Below are positions 25,882-35,055 of a stretch of DNA of 37,031 bases, piece after piece. A program made the position numbers and the translations under genes. Position 1 is the stretch's first letter; each line of letters opens with the position of its first letter. Location of the stretch: contig PKXZ01000098.1 in the NCBI GenBank assembly GCA_003132525.1, positions 38,679-75,709 on the forward strand. Direction: 5' to 3'. The DNA comes from Candidatus Dormiibacterota bacterium. Lineage in GTDB: Bacteria > Chloroflexota > Dormibacteria > Aeolococcales > Aeolococcaceae. The notes under the pieces are model-generated. The model did no database searches and had not been told where the DNA came from. It saw only the letters and a list, made by a program, of their open reading frames with translations.

Positions 25882-25957
25882 GCCGTCGGCAATCGAGAGC
25901 GAGCATCTCGTCCATCGCCCGGGGCACCTCGTCCCCGAAAGGCACCAAGGAGAAGCC

Positions 25958-26221
25958 ATGGATACTTCTCGCATCAGCTCAGAGCCGACAGAGGCGCCTG
26001 GGACATCGACATCGTCACGCGAGGCCGACGGCGTGCTTGCGGCGGTACGCCGCCTCCCACTGGAAGTCTTCTCGGAGGGGAAGCTCAGTGTGCTTGACGA
26101 AGTGCTCGCACCCGACTACGTCGATCACAGCTTTCCGCCAGGCGCAACCCAGGGTGCCGCTGGTGTCCGGGAGATCGTGAGCCAGTTGCGCACCACGCGC
26201 CAGACCCCACAGGGCAGGTGA
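25958..26221 (+). pseudogene. Truncated SnoaL-like/ester cyclase (NTF2-like) gene, N-terminal half only
   Basis: AAGGAG RBS. VRRLPLEVFSEGKLSVLDEVLAPDYVDH...QGAAGVREIVSQLR matches the ester-cyclase N-terminus, but the ORF stops where the AFPD motif and the beta-sheet half should follow. Confidence 0.65.
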
Positions 26222-26249
26222 ACGACCGCCCTCAGGCTAGGATCTGGTC

Positions 26250-26807
26250 GTGCTTGCCTGGATGGACCTGGAGATGACCGGCCTCGACCCATCGCGGCAC
26301 GTGATCGTCGAGATCGCGACGGTGATCACGGATGACAACCTCCAGACGATCGCCGAAGGTTCGGATATCGTCGTCCAGGCGACGTCCGAGGAGCTGGACC
26401 GCATGGACGCGGTGGTGCACGCAATGCACACCAGGTCGGGGCTGCTGGCAGCGATCCAGTCGTCACCCGTCTCGCTCGCCAAGGCCGGTCTGGAGACCCT
26501 CGCATTTCTCCGGGCACACATCGCCGAACCTCGCTCGGTGCCACTGTGCGGCAACTCGATCGGCACCGATCGGCGCTTCCTCGCAGCCCAGCTTCCCGAC
26601 ATCGAGAACTTCCTCCACTACCGGTCGATCGATGTCTCGAGCATCAAGGAACTCTGCCGGCGGTGGTATCCGGATGTCCTCGCGGATGCGCCCCCCAAAA
26701 GGGAGGCGCACCGCGCGCTCGAGGACATCCGGGAGTCGATCGCCGAGCTCGCGTACTACCGGTCGAAGATCTTCGTGGACCCGATCACCCCTCGATCAAC
26801 ACCCTAG
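26250..26807 (+). CDS. orn: Oligoribonuclease (DEDDh 3'-5' exonuclease)
   Basis: LAWMDLEMTGLD, IVEIATVITD, MHTRSGL, PLCGNSIGTDRRFL, LHYRSIDVSSIKEL..RWYP, HRALEDIRESIAEL. Confidence 0.96.
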   Translation: MLAWMDLEMTGLDPSRHVIVEIATVITDDNLQTIAEGSDIVVQATSEELDRMDAVVHAMHTRSGLLAAIQSSPVSLAKAGLETLAFLRAHIAEPRSVPLCGNSIGTDRRFLAAQLPDIENFLHYRSIDVSSIKELCRRWYPDVLADAPPKREAHRALEDIRESIAELAYYRSKIFVDPITPRSTP

Positions 26808-28290
26808 CCGGCGCGTCGAGCTCGCGCACCCACGACGGCACCTCGGCGGCGCGGGCGGCCGCACGCCGCCCGCGGATGGCGACCACCAGCACGAGCACCG
26901 TCGCGCTGACGAAGACCGTCGCCGCGATGAACGCGTGGTCGGCACCGATCACGAACGCCCGCTGCGTGGCGAGCACCGATTGCGTCGCCGCGCCGCTTGC
27001 AGCAGTGCCGAACACGGAGACGAGCACGGCCAGCCCGAGCGCGCCGCCCAGCTGCTGCATCACGTTGACCAAACCCGACGCCGCACCCGCATCCTCCTGA
27101 CGCACGCCGCTCAGCGATGTCGACGTCAGGGGTACGAACGCGAGCCCGTTGCCGCCGCCAAAGAGCATCAATGGCGCCAGCAAGTCGAGATAGCTGCTCG
27201 ACGCCGAGAGCTGCGTCATCAGCAACATCCCGGCCGTCGACACGGTGAAGCCGAGCACCATCACGGGCTTGGCGCCGAACCGCTGCACCAGCCCGCGCGC
27301 GCTGACCTGCGACATCGAAAACAGCGCCACGGTGAACGGCAGGAAGGCGAGACCGGTCTTGATCGGGCTGTAGTGCAGCACTCCCTGGAGAAATTGAGTC
27401 AGGAAGAAGAACATGCCGAACATCCCTGCGGTCAGGAAGAGGCGCGCGACATAGGACGCGCTGCGGCTGCGATCGGCGAAGAGCCGCAGCGGTGTGATCG
27501 GCTCGGGTGCGCGGCGCTCGAGCAACACGAAGGTCGCGAGCAGGACGGCGCCCGCTGCGAACGCTGCGACGGTGATCATGTCGCCCCACCCTGAGGTGGC
27601 GGCGCGCACGAAGCCGTACGCGAGCGAGGTGACGCCGAGTGTCGAGGTGAGCGCGCCGCGGACATCGAAGTGGCCGTTGCGGCTGGGTGTCTCGGTGAGC
27701 TGGCGGCGCGCCAGCGCGATCACGATGATGCCGATCGGCACGTTGACGAAGAGCACCCAGCGCCATGACGCCCACTGCACGAGCAGTCCGCCGAGGATCA
27801 GGCCCACGGCGCCGCCGCCGATGGACACGGCGGTGTACCAGCCGATAGCGCGAACGCGCTCCTGGCCGTCGCGGAACATGGTCATCAGGAGGGCCAGTGC
27901 CGACGGCGCAGCGAGCGCTCCACCGACGCCCTGGAGCGCGCGCGCCGCCAGCAGCCAGCCGCTCCAGGGCGCGATGCCACCGAGGACGGAGGCCAGGGTG
28001 AAGATCCCGATGCCCGCGATGAACACTCGCCGACGGCCGAGCAGGTCACCGGCTCGGGCACCCAGGAGCAGGAATCCACCGAAGGCGAGCGTGTAGGCGG
28101 TGATGACCCACGAGAGGTTCGCGGGCGAGAAGTGGAGCGCGCCGGCGATGTCCGGCAGGGCGATGTTCACGATGGTGGCATCGAGCACCACCATCAGCTG
28201 AACGGCAAGGATGATGCCGAGCACCAGGCCGCGACGAGGCTGGCGCTGGGTTGCCCTGGCGGGGGCGACGAGAGTTGCGGTACCAGGCAC
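26785..28290 (-). CDS. MFS drug:H+ antiporter, DHA2 (EmrB/QacA) family
   Basis: LMVVLDATIVNIALP, WVITAYTLAFGGFLLLGARAGDLLGRRR, ARALQGVGGAL, WRWVLFVNVPIG; pattern consistent with 14 TM helices. Confidence 0.93.
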   Translation of the reverse strand: MPGTATLVAPARATQRQPRRGLVLGIILAVQLMVVLDATIVNIALPDIAGALHFSPANLSWVITAYTLAFGGFLLLGARAGDLLGRRRVFIAGIGIFTLASVLGGIAPWSGWLLAARALQGVGGALAAPSALALLMTMFRDGQERVRAIGWYTAVSIGGGAVGLILGGLLVQWASWRWVLFVNVPIGIIVIALARRQLTETPSRNGHFDVRGALTSTLGVTSLAYGFVRAATSGWGDMITVAAFAAGAVLLATFVLLERRAPEPITPLRLFADRSRSASYVARLFLTAGMFGMFFFLTQFLQGVLHYSPIKTGLAFLPFTVALFSMSQVSARGLVQRFGAKPVMVLGFTVSTAGMLLMTQLSASSSYLDLLAPLMLFGGGNGLAFVPLTSTSLSGVRQEDAGAASGLVNVMQQLGGALGLAVLVSVFGTAASGAATQSVLATQRAFVIGADHAFIAATVFVSATVLVLVVAIRGRRAAARAAEVPSWVRELDAPARVLIEG

Positions 28291-28319
28291 AGAGTTCCTC
28301 CAGATGGGGTAGACTTACG

Positions 28320-28363
28320 AAACGGACGCTGCCTCCGGAAGTATACCGGAGGTTACCTCCGTT
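28320..28363. promoter_or_regulatory. Paired TetR operators between the divergent MFS and TetR genes
   Basis: AACGGA-CGCTGCC-TCCG followed by CGGAGG-TTA-CCTCCG (28347-28361). Confidence 0.7.
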
Positions 28364-28389
28364 TTGCAAAGAGAGGCTATGGTGATCGA

Positions 28390-29031
28390 GTGGTGGCACG
28401 TGAAGTCGAGGCGGCTGAGATCCGGGTGAGCGCACCCGAGGGTTCGGTTTCCACAGATCGCCGTCCCCGTGCCGACGCGGTGCGCAACCGCGACCTCCTG
28501 CTCTCTGCGGCGGCCGACGCCTTTGCGGCTCGGGGCGCGGACGTCCCCCTCGATGACATCGCGCGCAGCGCTGGGGTCGGGATCGGCACCCTGTATCGAC
28601 ACTTCCCCACGCGCGACGCGCTCGTGGAGGCGGTCTATCGCTACGAGGTCGATGTCCTCTGTCAGCGAGCGGATCAGCTCCTCGAAGAAATGCCGCCCGA
28701 CCAGGCGCTGGCCGAATGGATGCAGCTCTTCGTGCGCCATGTGGCGACCAAGAAGGGGATGCTCTCAGCGCTCAAGCCGCTGCTCAGCTCCAACCCGAGT
28801 TTCTCCGACCAGACCAAGGGCCGCGCCCAGGCCGCCGCGACCAAGCTGCTCAACGCCGGCGTCGCTGCAGGGACAGTGCGAGCTGACGTGGATGGCGCTG
28901 ACCTGCTGCGCGCGGTCGGCGGCATCTGCATGTCGACCGACCAGGAGCGCTCCGAGGCCTCGGAACGCCTCGTGGGGCTGCTCTTTGACGGCCTCCGCCA
29001 CGGAGCGGCCGGCTCGCAGGTGTCTGGCTAG
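28390..29031 (+). CDS. TetR/AcrR family transcriptional regulator
   Basis: RADAVRNRDLLL...IARSAGVGIGTLYRHFPTRDALVEAVY. Start uncertain (GTG at 28390, 28393 or 28426); the ORF-track start 28132 overlaps the MFS gene and is rejected. Confidence 0.92.
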   Translation: MVAREVEAAEIRVSAPEGSVSTDRRPRADAVRNRDLLLSAAADAFAARGADVPLDDIARSAGVGIGTLYRHFPTRDALVEAVYRYEVDVLCQRADQLLEEMPPDQALAEWMQLFVRHVATKKGMLSALKPLLSSNPSFSDQTKGRAQAAATKLLNAGVAAGTVRADVDGADLLRAVGGICMSTDQERSEASERLVGLLFDGLRHGAAGSQVSG

Positions 29032-29113
29032 CGCGTTCCCCGGGGCAACGAGTTCTGCCTCGCGCATGGATGAGCGACACGCGTTCGGCCGCCCTCGCTC
29101 GCATGAGCCTTGC

Positions 29114-29148
29114 TCTGCATGGATTCTGCAATCGCTCCTGAGCAGCAT
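29114..29148 (+). promoter_or_regulatory. Putative SARP-type direct-repeat box plus -10 upstream of the cupin gene
   Basis: TCTGCAT (29114-29120) and TCTGCAA (29125-29131), 11-bp period; CTGCAATCG-N8-CAGCAT. Confidence 0.5.
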
Positions 29149-29194
29149 GCGTCCTGAGGCGCTCTGACGGCGCCATGAGTCAAGGAGGCATGCG

Positions 29195-29560
29195 ATGCCA
29201 ACCACTATCACGGCGGAGCACAAGACCCTCAGCAGTCCCGACGAGGAGCGGGTGTTCGAGAAGGGTCGCGTCGATCTCGTCAACATCGGCGGCGGTACCG
29301 TCGGCCGCCTGACGCTGGAGCCCGGGTGGCGCTGGTCCGTCCACGTCAAGCCGATCGCCGGTACCGAGCTCTGCGAGGCGCCGCACTTTCAGTACCACGC
29401 CTCCGGCGTGCTGAGAATTCAGATGGCAGACGGCAGCGAGTTCGACGCGCGGACCGGCGACATCACAGCACTTCCCTCGGGGCACGACGCGTGGGTGATC
29501 GGTGACGAGCCTGTTGTGCTCATCGACTGGAACGGCGCCAGCAACTACGGCAAGGCGTGA
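29195..29560 (+). CDS. Cupin domain protein
   Basis: AAGGAGG RBS; PDEERVFEKG, EPGWRWSVHVKPIAGTELCEAPH, PSGHDAWVIGDEP. Confidence 0.88.
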   Translation: MPTTITAEHKTLSSPDEERVFEKGRVDLVNIGGGTVGRLTLEPGWRWSVHVKPIAGTELCEAPHFQYHASGVLRIQMADGSEFDARTGDITALPSGHDAWVIGDEPVVLIDWNGASNYGKA

Positions 29561-29616
29561 TCCCAGGGCGGTAGATGGTTCCCTCGCGCGGACCCGCGGC
29601 ACGTATTGTTGGTGTC

Positions 29617-32600
29617 GTGGTCCGCGCTGAGGCCCCGCCGTCGGCGCGCCCGGAGGCTCACCCGGACGCGCTGCGCGTCCACGTCATCGGCGGGCTCTCC
29701 GTCGAGGGTTTCGCGGAGCATCAACTCGGGAGTCGCAAGGCTCGCGTGGCGCTCCGCATGCTGGGCATCGCCCAGACGGCCGGTGAGCCTCGAGCGCCTG
29801 GCCGACGTTCTCTGGCTCGACGACCAGCCGCGGGATCCGCCGGCGCAGCTTGCCGTGATCATGAGCCGGCTTCGGGGAGTCCTCGGCGGTTCACGCATCG
29901 CTCACAGCGATGCGGGTTACACACTGCACGCGGACTGGGTCGACCTCACTGCCGCTGTCGAGCTCGAGTCGGAAGCCGAGCGCCGGCTGCGCGACGGCGA
30001 GCCGGCGCCGGCGCTGGCTGCCGCACTCGCTGCACGCGTGCTGCTCGCCCATCCCGCGCTCGATGACGATGCGTGGCTCGTCGAGGAACGGCGAGCGGTG
30101 GAACGGCTCGGCGCCCGCGCCAGGCAACTGGTTGCCCGTGCGGCACTCGCGGCGGGAGACCTCGCCACCGGTGTCGAGGCGGCCGAGCAGGCGCTCGACG
30201 AAGATCCCTACGACGAGGAGTCGCTGCGACTCGTCATGGCTGCGCTGGCTGCCCAGGGCAGATCGTCATCGGCGCTCGCGATGTACGAGCGGATGCGGCT
30301 GCGTCTCGCCGATGAGCTCGGCACCTCGCCGTCAGAGCTCACTGACGCGGCGCATGTCGCGGTGCTCAAGGGTCTCCCGGTTCCCGCGGTCGTCGTGGCA
30401 TCGCCGCAATCACGGTCAGCGTCGTGGAGCGGCGGAAACGATCTGCCCGGCCGTCAGGGCGAGTTGCGCATGCTCGACGAAGCATTCGTGCGCGCGCGAG
30501 CTGGGACTCCCGTCGCGGTTGTCATCGAGGGCGAGCCTGGCATCGGCAAGACCGCGGTCGCGTCGGCATGGATCGACCGCCTCAGCCCGGAGAGCGTCGT
30601 GCTGGCGGCCCGCTGTGATCAGTTGAGCAGATCGCTGCCGCTCCAACCCGTGCTCCATATGATCCGCAATCACCTTCGCCAGGTCGGGGCGGAGATGGGC
30701 CGCGCCCTGCTCGGTCCCGACGCGTCGTTGCTCGAGTCGGTGCTCGACTGGACGTCGACGGACGCAGAACCGCTCGCCGACATCGCGCAGGCATCCTCCC
30801 CGGCCGGCCTCGCCGTGCTCTTCGCCGCGTTGCGACGTGTGGTGCGGAGGGCGTGCACGACGCCGTCCGTGCTCTACGTCGATGACATTCAGCGAGCGGA
30901 TCCGCTCACGTGGGCCTGGATCTCCGACCTGATCGCGAGCCCGGATCTGTCGCTGCTCGTGCTGCTCACCCGTCGCACCGGCGAGGGTGAGATACCCGCT
31001 CACGCGACGCGTCTCCTGCTGCCGCCATTGTCCATGGAGGCGGCCCGGCAGATCGTCGGGGAAGAGCTCGGCGCACGACTGCACGAACGCAGCGGAGGCA
31101 ATGCGCTCTTTCTCACCCAGCTGGCGTCCAGCGATGAGAGCGCGGCTCCTCCCGCAACGATCCAGGCCGCGGTCCTGGACCGCTCCGCCGAGGCAGGCCA
31201 AGCCGTCCGCACCCTGATGAGCGCTGCTGTGCTCGGCGCCTCGGTCGACATCGATGTTCTCGCCGCAGTGGTGAGAACCGACCCGATCCGGCTGCTCGAG
31301 GACCTCGATGTCGGCGTGCGCCTCGGCTTGCTCGAGGCACGCGACGGTGCGTACGGGTTCCGCCACGCGATCGTGCGTGAGGTCCTCGACGCAGCCACGA
31401 CATCGCCTCGGCGCGCGCTCCTCCACCGCGAAGCCGCGCGAGTGCTCTCCGGGCTGCCCGGTGCGGATCCGCTGCTCGTCGCGCACCACGCGCGGTTGAG
31501 CGGAGCGCGAACCCTCGCGTCTGTGGCACTCACCGCCGCGAGTCGCATCGCCACCGACCGATTCGACTACGACACGGCGCTGGCCCTTGCCAACGAAGCA
31601 GTCAATGCCGACGACACGTCTGACGCCCGCATCCAGCGTGCGATCGTGCAGTTGCGGCTCACCCGGTTCGATGCTGCGCAGGCAGACGCCGAGCATGCGA
31701 TCGACGAGGCCGGCGACGCTCGTGCCCTCGAGGTCGCCGGGTCCGTCGCCTATTACTGTACGGACTTCGAACGTGCGGCGGCACTCGGCGAAGCGTTGGC
31801 GCAGCAGGCCGGCGATCCGCGTCAACGTGTGCAAGGAAACGTGATTCGCGCACGGGCGCTCCATGCGGTCGGGGAACTCGTCGCCGCCGACCTGCTGATG
31901 GAGCAGGCGATGGCCGCATGCCGAAAGCACAAGCTGCGCCAGCCCACCTCCGTGTATGCGTTCCTGAAAGTGCACATGGGCGAGGCCGGGCTGGCGATCA
32001 TCGCCATCGAGGCAAGCCCGTATGCGGCGCTCGACGCGATGTCGACGATCTACACCCCGGTGCATGGCTACCTGGCCCACGGATACGCGTTGGCGACCTG
32101 CGGCCGAGCGGGCGAGGCACTCCGCGTTCTGGATCGCGCCTCCGTGGAAGGAAGACGGCGCGGCCTGACACGGTATGAGTCGCTCGGCGTCAACATGGGC
32201 GCCTGGGTGCTGCGCAACATCGGCGAAGTCGCGCGAGCGCGTGACTGCAACGCAGCGGCACTCGAGGGTGCTCACGAATCCATGTATCGCGAGCTCGAGG
32301 TCTACGCGCTGCTCGATCCCTGCGACGACGCGGTTGCCGAGCATGACGTCACCGCGGCGAGCCATGGACTGGTGGCGGCGCGCGAGCGCATGCAGGAGAC
32401 ATACGCGTATCGCTGGCGCCACGAGCTCCGCGTGGATCTTCTCGAGGGCCGAATCGCACTGCTGCGTGACGATGCTGAGGGAGCGCTCTCGATGGCTGAG
32501 CGGCTCATCGCCAGCGCGACAGATCGCTATGCACCGCGCTACGCGCAGCTCGGCGAAGTGCTTCGCCTGCAGGCGAGTGGAGCACTCGCCGCCGAACCGC

Positions 32601-32836
32601 CGCCGGAGGATGCCCTCCGGGAGCTGAGCTCATCGCTGTCCGCGGTTGCCGGTGTCGAGGCATGGTGGGTCATGGCGGAGCTTGGCGCGTCGCTCCACTC
32701 CGAGCTGTGCTTCCAGCTCGCGGCGGTGCATCGTGACCGTCTCGCCGCGCATCTTGATGGGGCGGCGCGCGCCTCGTTCGTCGACTATGCGGGGACGCGA
32801 CTCGAAAGCACCAGGACCCGCGGACGAACGGCCTGA
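29617..32836 (+). pseudogene. SARP-family (winged HTH-BTAD)-AAA ATPase-TPR transcriptional regulator with a frameshift near 29775
   Basis: N-terminal LRVHVIGGLSVEG...GSRKARVALRMLGIAQ lies in the 29575 frame. The continuation RPVSLERLADVLW...SRLRGVLG, BTAD (DPYDEE...LGTSPS), Walker A GEPGIGKT, Walker B YVDDIQRAD and TPR-like helices lie in the 29606 frame. Could be a sequence error rather than a true pseudogene. Confidence 0.75.
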
Positions 32837-33585
32837 CCGCGCTTGCGGACGGCGGCGACAGCACGCTCGACGAATGCGATACGCGTCGAGTCGGGGAGCG
32901 ACGCGACGAAGGGCGCCATGTGCGCAAGCCCGGTTCGATATGCCGCGATCGATTCGGGCGACTTGAGTTCGGGATCCACGATCACATCGGTGATCTCGAT
33001 ACTGCCGAGGCCCGCCGTCGCAGCGCACTCATTGAGGAGGGTGGGGGTGTTCGAGCGGGGCTCCGTGCGCGTCTTGAGCTGCACATACCAGTCGGGTGGT
33101 TGATACCCGAAGTCCCGAGCCACGTCGTCGACCGCATCCTTGGAAGGGCTCGCGGGCGCTGCGCCGAACACCGCGACGATGACCCAGCCGTGCGGTTGCA
33201 CCACCCTGCGCATCTCGCGCAACGCGTCCTGCGGCGCATCGATGTGCGAGATGGCGAAACCACTCACAGCTGCCGCGAACCGTCCGCGGGCAAATGGCAG
33301 CGCGCACATGTCGCCCGCGATGGACAGCGCGGCGGTGTCACCGATGAGCCGGAGCATGTCCGTTGATGTGTCGATGGCGATTGGAGTAGCTCCTGCCGTC
33401 CTGAGTCCCCGGCAGAGGGCGCCGGTCCCGGCGCCGACGTCGAGCACCAGCTTGCCCCGGAGCTGAGTGGCGGCACCGGCGATGGTGAGAGCAGCCAGCT
33501 TGTCGTAGAGGGCCGCTGGGCCATGAGCCCATGCGTCAGCCACACCCTGGTAGGCGTTGCTTGGATCGGTGGCTACGGGTTCCAC
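32785..33585 (-). CDS. Class I SAM-dependent methyltransferase
   Basis: VLDVGAGTG, AIDTSTDML, GDMCALPF, ALREMRRVV.P.G. Probable GTG start at 33585 overlapping the kinase stop; the upstream part of the 613-aa ORF-track entry is an alternative frame of the kinase. Confidence 0.85.
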   Translation of the reverse strand: MEPVATDPSNAYQGVADAWAHGPAALYDKLAALTIAGAATQLRGKLVLDVGAGTGALCRGLRTAGATPIAIDTSTDMLRLIGDTAALSIAGDMCALPFARGRFAAAVSGFAISHIDAPQDALREMRRVVQPHGWVIVAVFGAAPASPSKDAVDDVARDFGYQPPDWYVQLKTRTEPRSNTPTLLNECAATAGLGSIEITDVIVDPELKSPESIAAYRTGLAHMAPFVASLPDSTRIAFVERAVAAVRKRGQAVRPRVLVLSSRVPA

Positions 33586-34571
33586 GTGGCGAGGCGTTCG
33601 CTCCACCATCCGAACTCGCGAGCGTCGCCGGTCTTCGACCATCCCAGTTGCAGGAACGCTCCTGCGAGCGAGGCGGCGAGCTGATCGTCCCACCAGGGCG
33701 TCGTCGCGATGCCGGCAGACTCGAGCGCCGCTCTGTACGCGTTGATCGTGTCCTCCTTCGCTTCCGGCAAGCGGTCGCAGTTGACCGCCAGGTACCAGGC
33801 CAGGTCCATGAGCGGCGCACCCTCGCCGGTGCGGTCCCAGTCGAGCAGGATCGTTCGCGGTCCGTCGCGGCCGAGGTTGCCGAGCTTCCAATCGCCGTGG
33901 ATGAGCGTCTGCGGGCCAGCCCGAAGGGCGGCCACCAGCGGCCACGGGTCTTCGGCGAGATCGCGCAGTCTGCGCGCGTCTTTGGGATATCGCTCGCCAA
34001 GCTGCCGCCAACCGTTTGCGACCGCAGGAGGGACCGGGTCCGAGTGCGGCGTGACCGCCTCGAGCTCCGCCATCGCCGGGGTCAGGAAGACGTAGTGATG
34101 CGCGAGCGGGAACAGCGCGGCGCCATCCTGGAATCCCCAGGACGCGGCGTGCATCGCGGCCATGTCCCCGATGAACCCGCGGTGCAATTGCAGCGCGATC
34201 GGCTCGCTCCCGGAAGGCACCATGGCGTGCGAGACATCGCGCATGAGCAGCGCAGCACCGCGCTTGACGGCCAATGGGGCGCATCCCACGATCGCGTGGT
34301 CGATCGAGTCCGGGAGCGCGTCGAGCATGCGGGATGCGAGCAGGGCCAGCTGGCGGCCGCCAAGATCCCCAGTCGCCCGCATGATCCAGTCGTCCTCGAC
34401 CGAGATGTATTTCACAACGTGAGGAGCGCCGTCGATGATCACTCGCTCGAAGCGGCTGCCGGAGAGCGAATCGGCGGTCCTCCAGGGTTCGCGGCGTTCG
34501 CAGCCCTGGAGCAGCATTTCGACCGATTCGGCGACCGGAACCGTCCGGCCCGCAGGCGTCAACGCGGTCAC
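33573..34571 (-). CDS. Aminoglycoside-phosphotransferase/choline-kinase-like small-molecule kinase
   Basis: HVVKY, ALLMRDV, Brenner motif TLIHGDWKLGNL, ILLDWD, DLAWYL. GTG 34571 overlaps the upstream stop (GTGA). Confidence 0.87.
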   Translation of the reverse strand: MTALTPAGRTVPVAESVEMLLQGCERREPWRTADSLSGSRFERVIIDGAPHVVKYISVEDDWIMRATGDLGGRQLALLASRMLDALPDSIDHAIVGCAPLAVKRGAALLMRDVSHAMVPSGSEPIALQLHRGFIGDMAAMHAASWGFQDGAALFPLAHHYVFLTPAMAELEAVTPHSDPVPPAVANGWRQLGERYPKDARRLRDLAEDPWPLVAALRAGPQTLIHGDWKLGNLGRDGPRTILLDWDRTGEGAPLMDLAWYLAVNCDRLPEAKEDTINAYRAALESAGIATTPWWDDQLAASLAGAFLQLGWSKTGDAREFGWWSERLATWNP

Positions 34572-34951
34572 GAACGTGCTGCCTCGGCCATCTCCGCCTG
34601 CAGCGCCGCGCCCCAACGTCCGCCACACCAGGCGCGGTCGCGCGTGATCAGGCCGTCGCGGACTTCGATGTGGTGCGCCTGATGACACATGTGCGGTTCG
34701 CCACCCTCCTCCCAGGTGAGGACGAACTCCACGAGCTCGCCGTCTGGAAGGACGGTGCGCTGGATCTCCTCGAACCGGCCCGGGTCCGCGTACCAGCGGC
34801 CGAGCTCAGCCTCGATGTCGGACGCGCCGGTCACTGTGTATCGCCAGTTGGGGACGGTTGCGTCGAGAACCGCATCCTGAGCGAAGACGTTCGCGTCGCT
34901 CAGGGACGCGGTCTCGATCGCCTGGGTGAACCTGTCGACGGGATTGGTCAT
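34568..34951 (-). CDS. SnoaL-like/NTF2-fold protein
   Basis: AGGAG RBS before ATG 34951; VFAQDAVLDATVPNW...EVRDGLITRD...WCGGRW. Confidence 0.78.
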   Translation of the reverse strand: MTNPVDRFTQAIETASLSDANVFAQDAVLDATVPNWRYTVTGASDIEAELGRWYADPGRFEEIQRTVLPDGELVEFVLTWEEGGEPHMCHQAHHIEVRDGLITRDRAWCGGRWGAALQAEMAEAARS

Positions 34952-34982
34952 CGTGGTGCTCCTGATGTTGTACGACATTCGC

Positions 34983-35017
34983 ATCGTCCACGCACCCGAT
35001 TGCAGTCCGATTGCGGT
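34983..35017 (-). promoter_or_regulatory. Putative SARP-type direct-repeat box plus -10 upstream of the SnoaL-kinase-methyltransferase operon
   Basis: Tandem 11-mers CCGATTGCAGT (34996-35006) and CCGATTGCGGT (35007-35017); on the minus strand CTGCAATCG-N8-GACGAT. Confidence 0.55.
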
Positions 35018-35055
35018 CGAAGCACCGCATGGCGCGGACGCCGCACGATAGGTCG

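Noticed and set aside
26332-32422. Long alternative-frame or antisense ORFs (26332-27594, 26804-27775, 30416-32422, and similar ones elsewhere such as 3314-4726 and 14012-15064)
   Set aside because: Typical high-GC shadow ORFs overlapping well-supported genes, with no domain motifs.
32785-34626. 613-aa fused methyltransferase ORF
   Set aside because: The N-terminal ~347 aa are an alternative frame of the kinase gene; only the C-terminal part has methyltransferase motifs.
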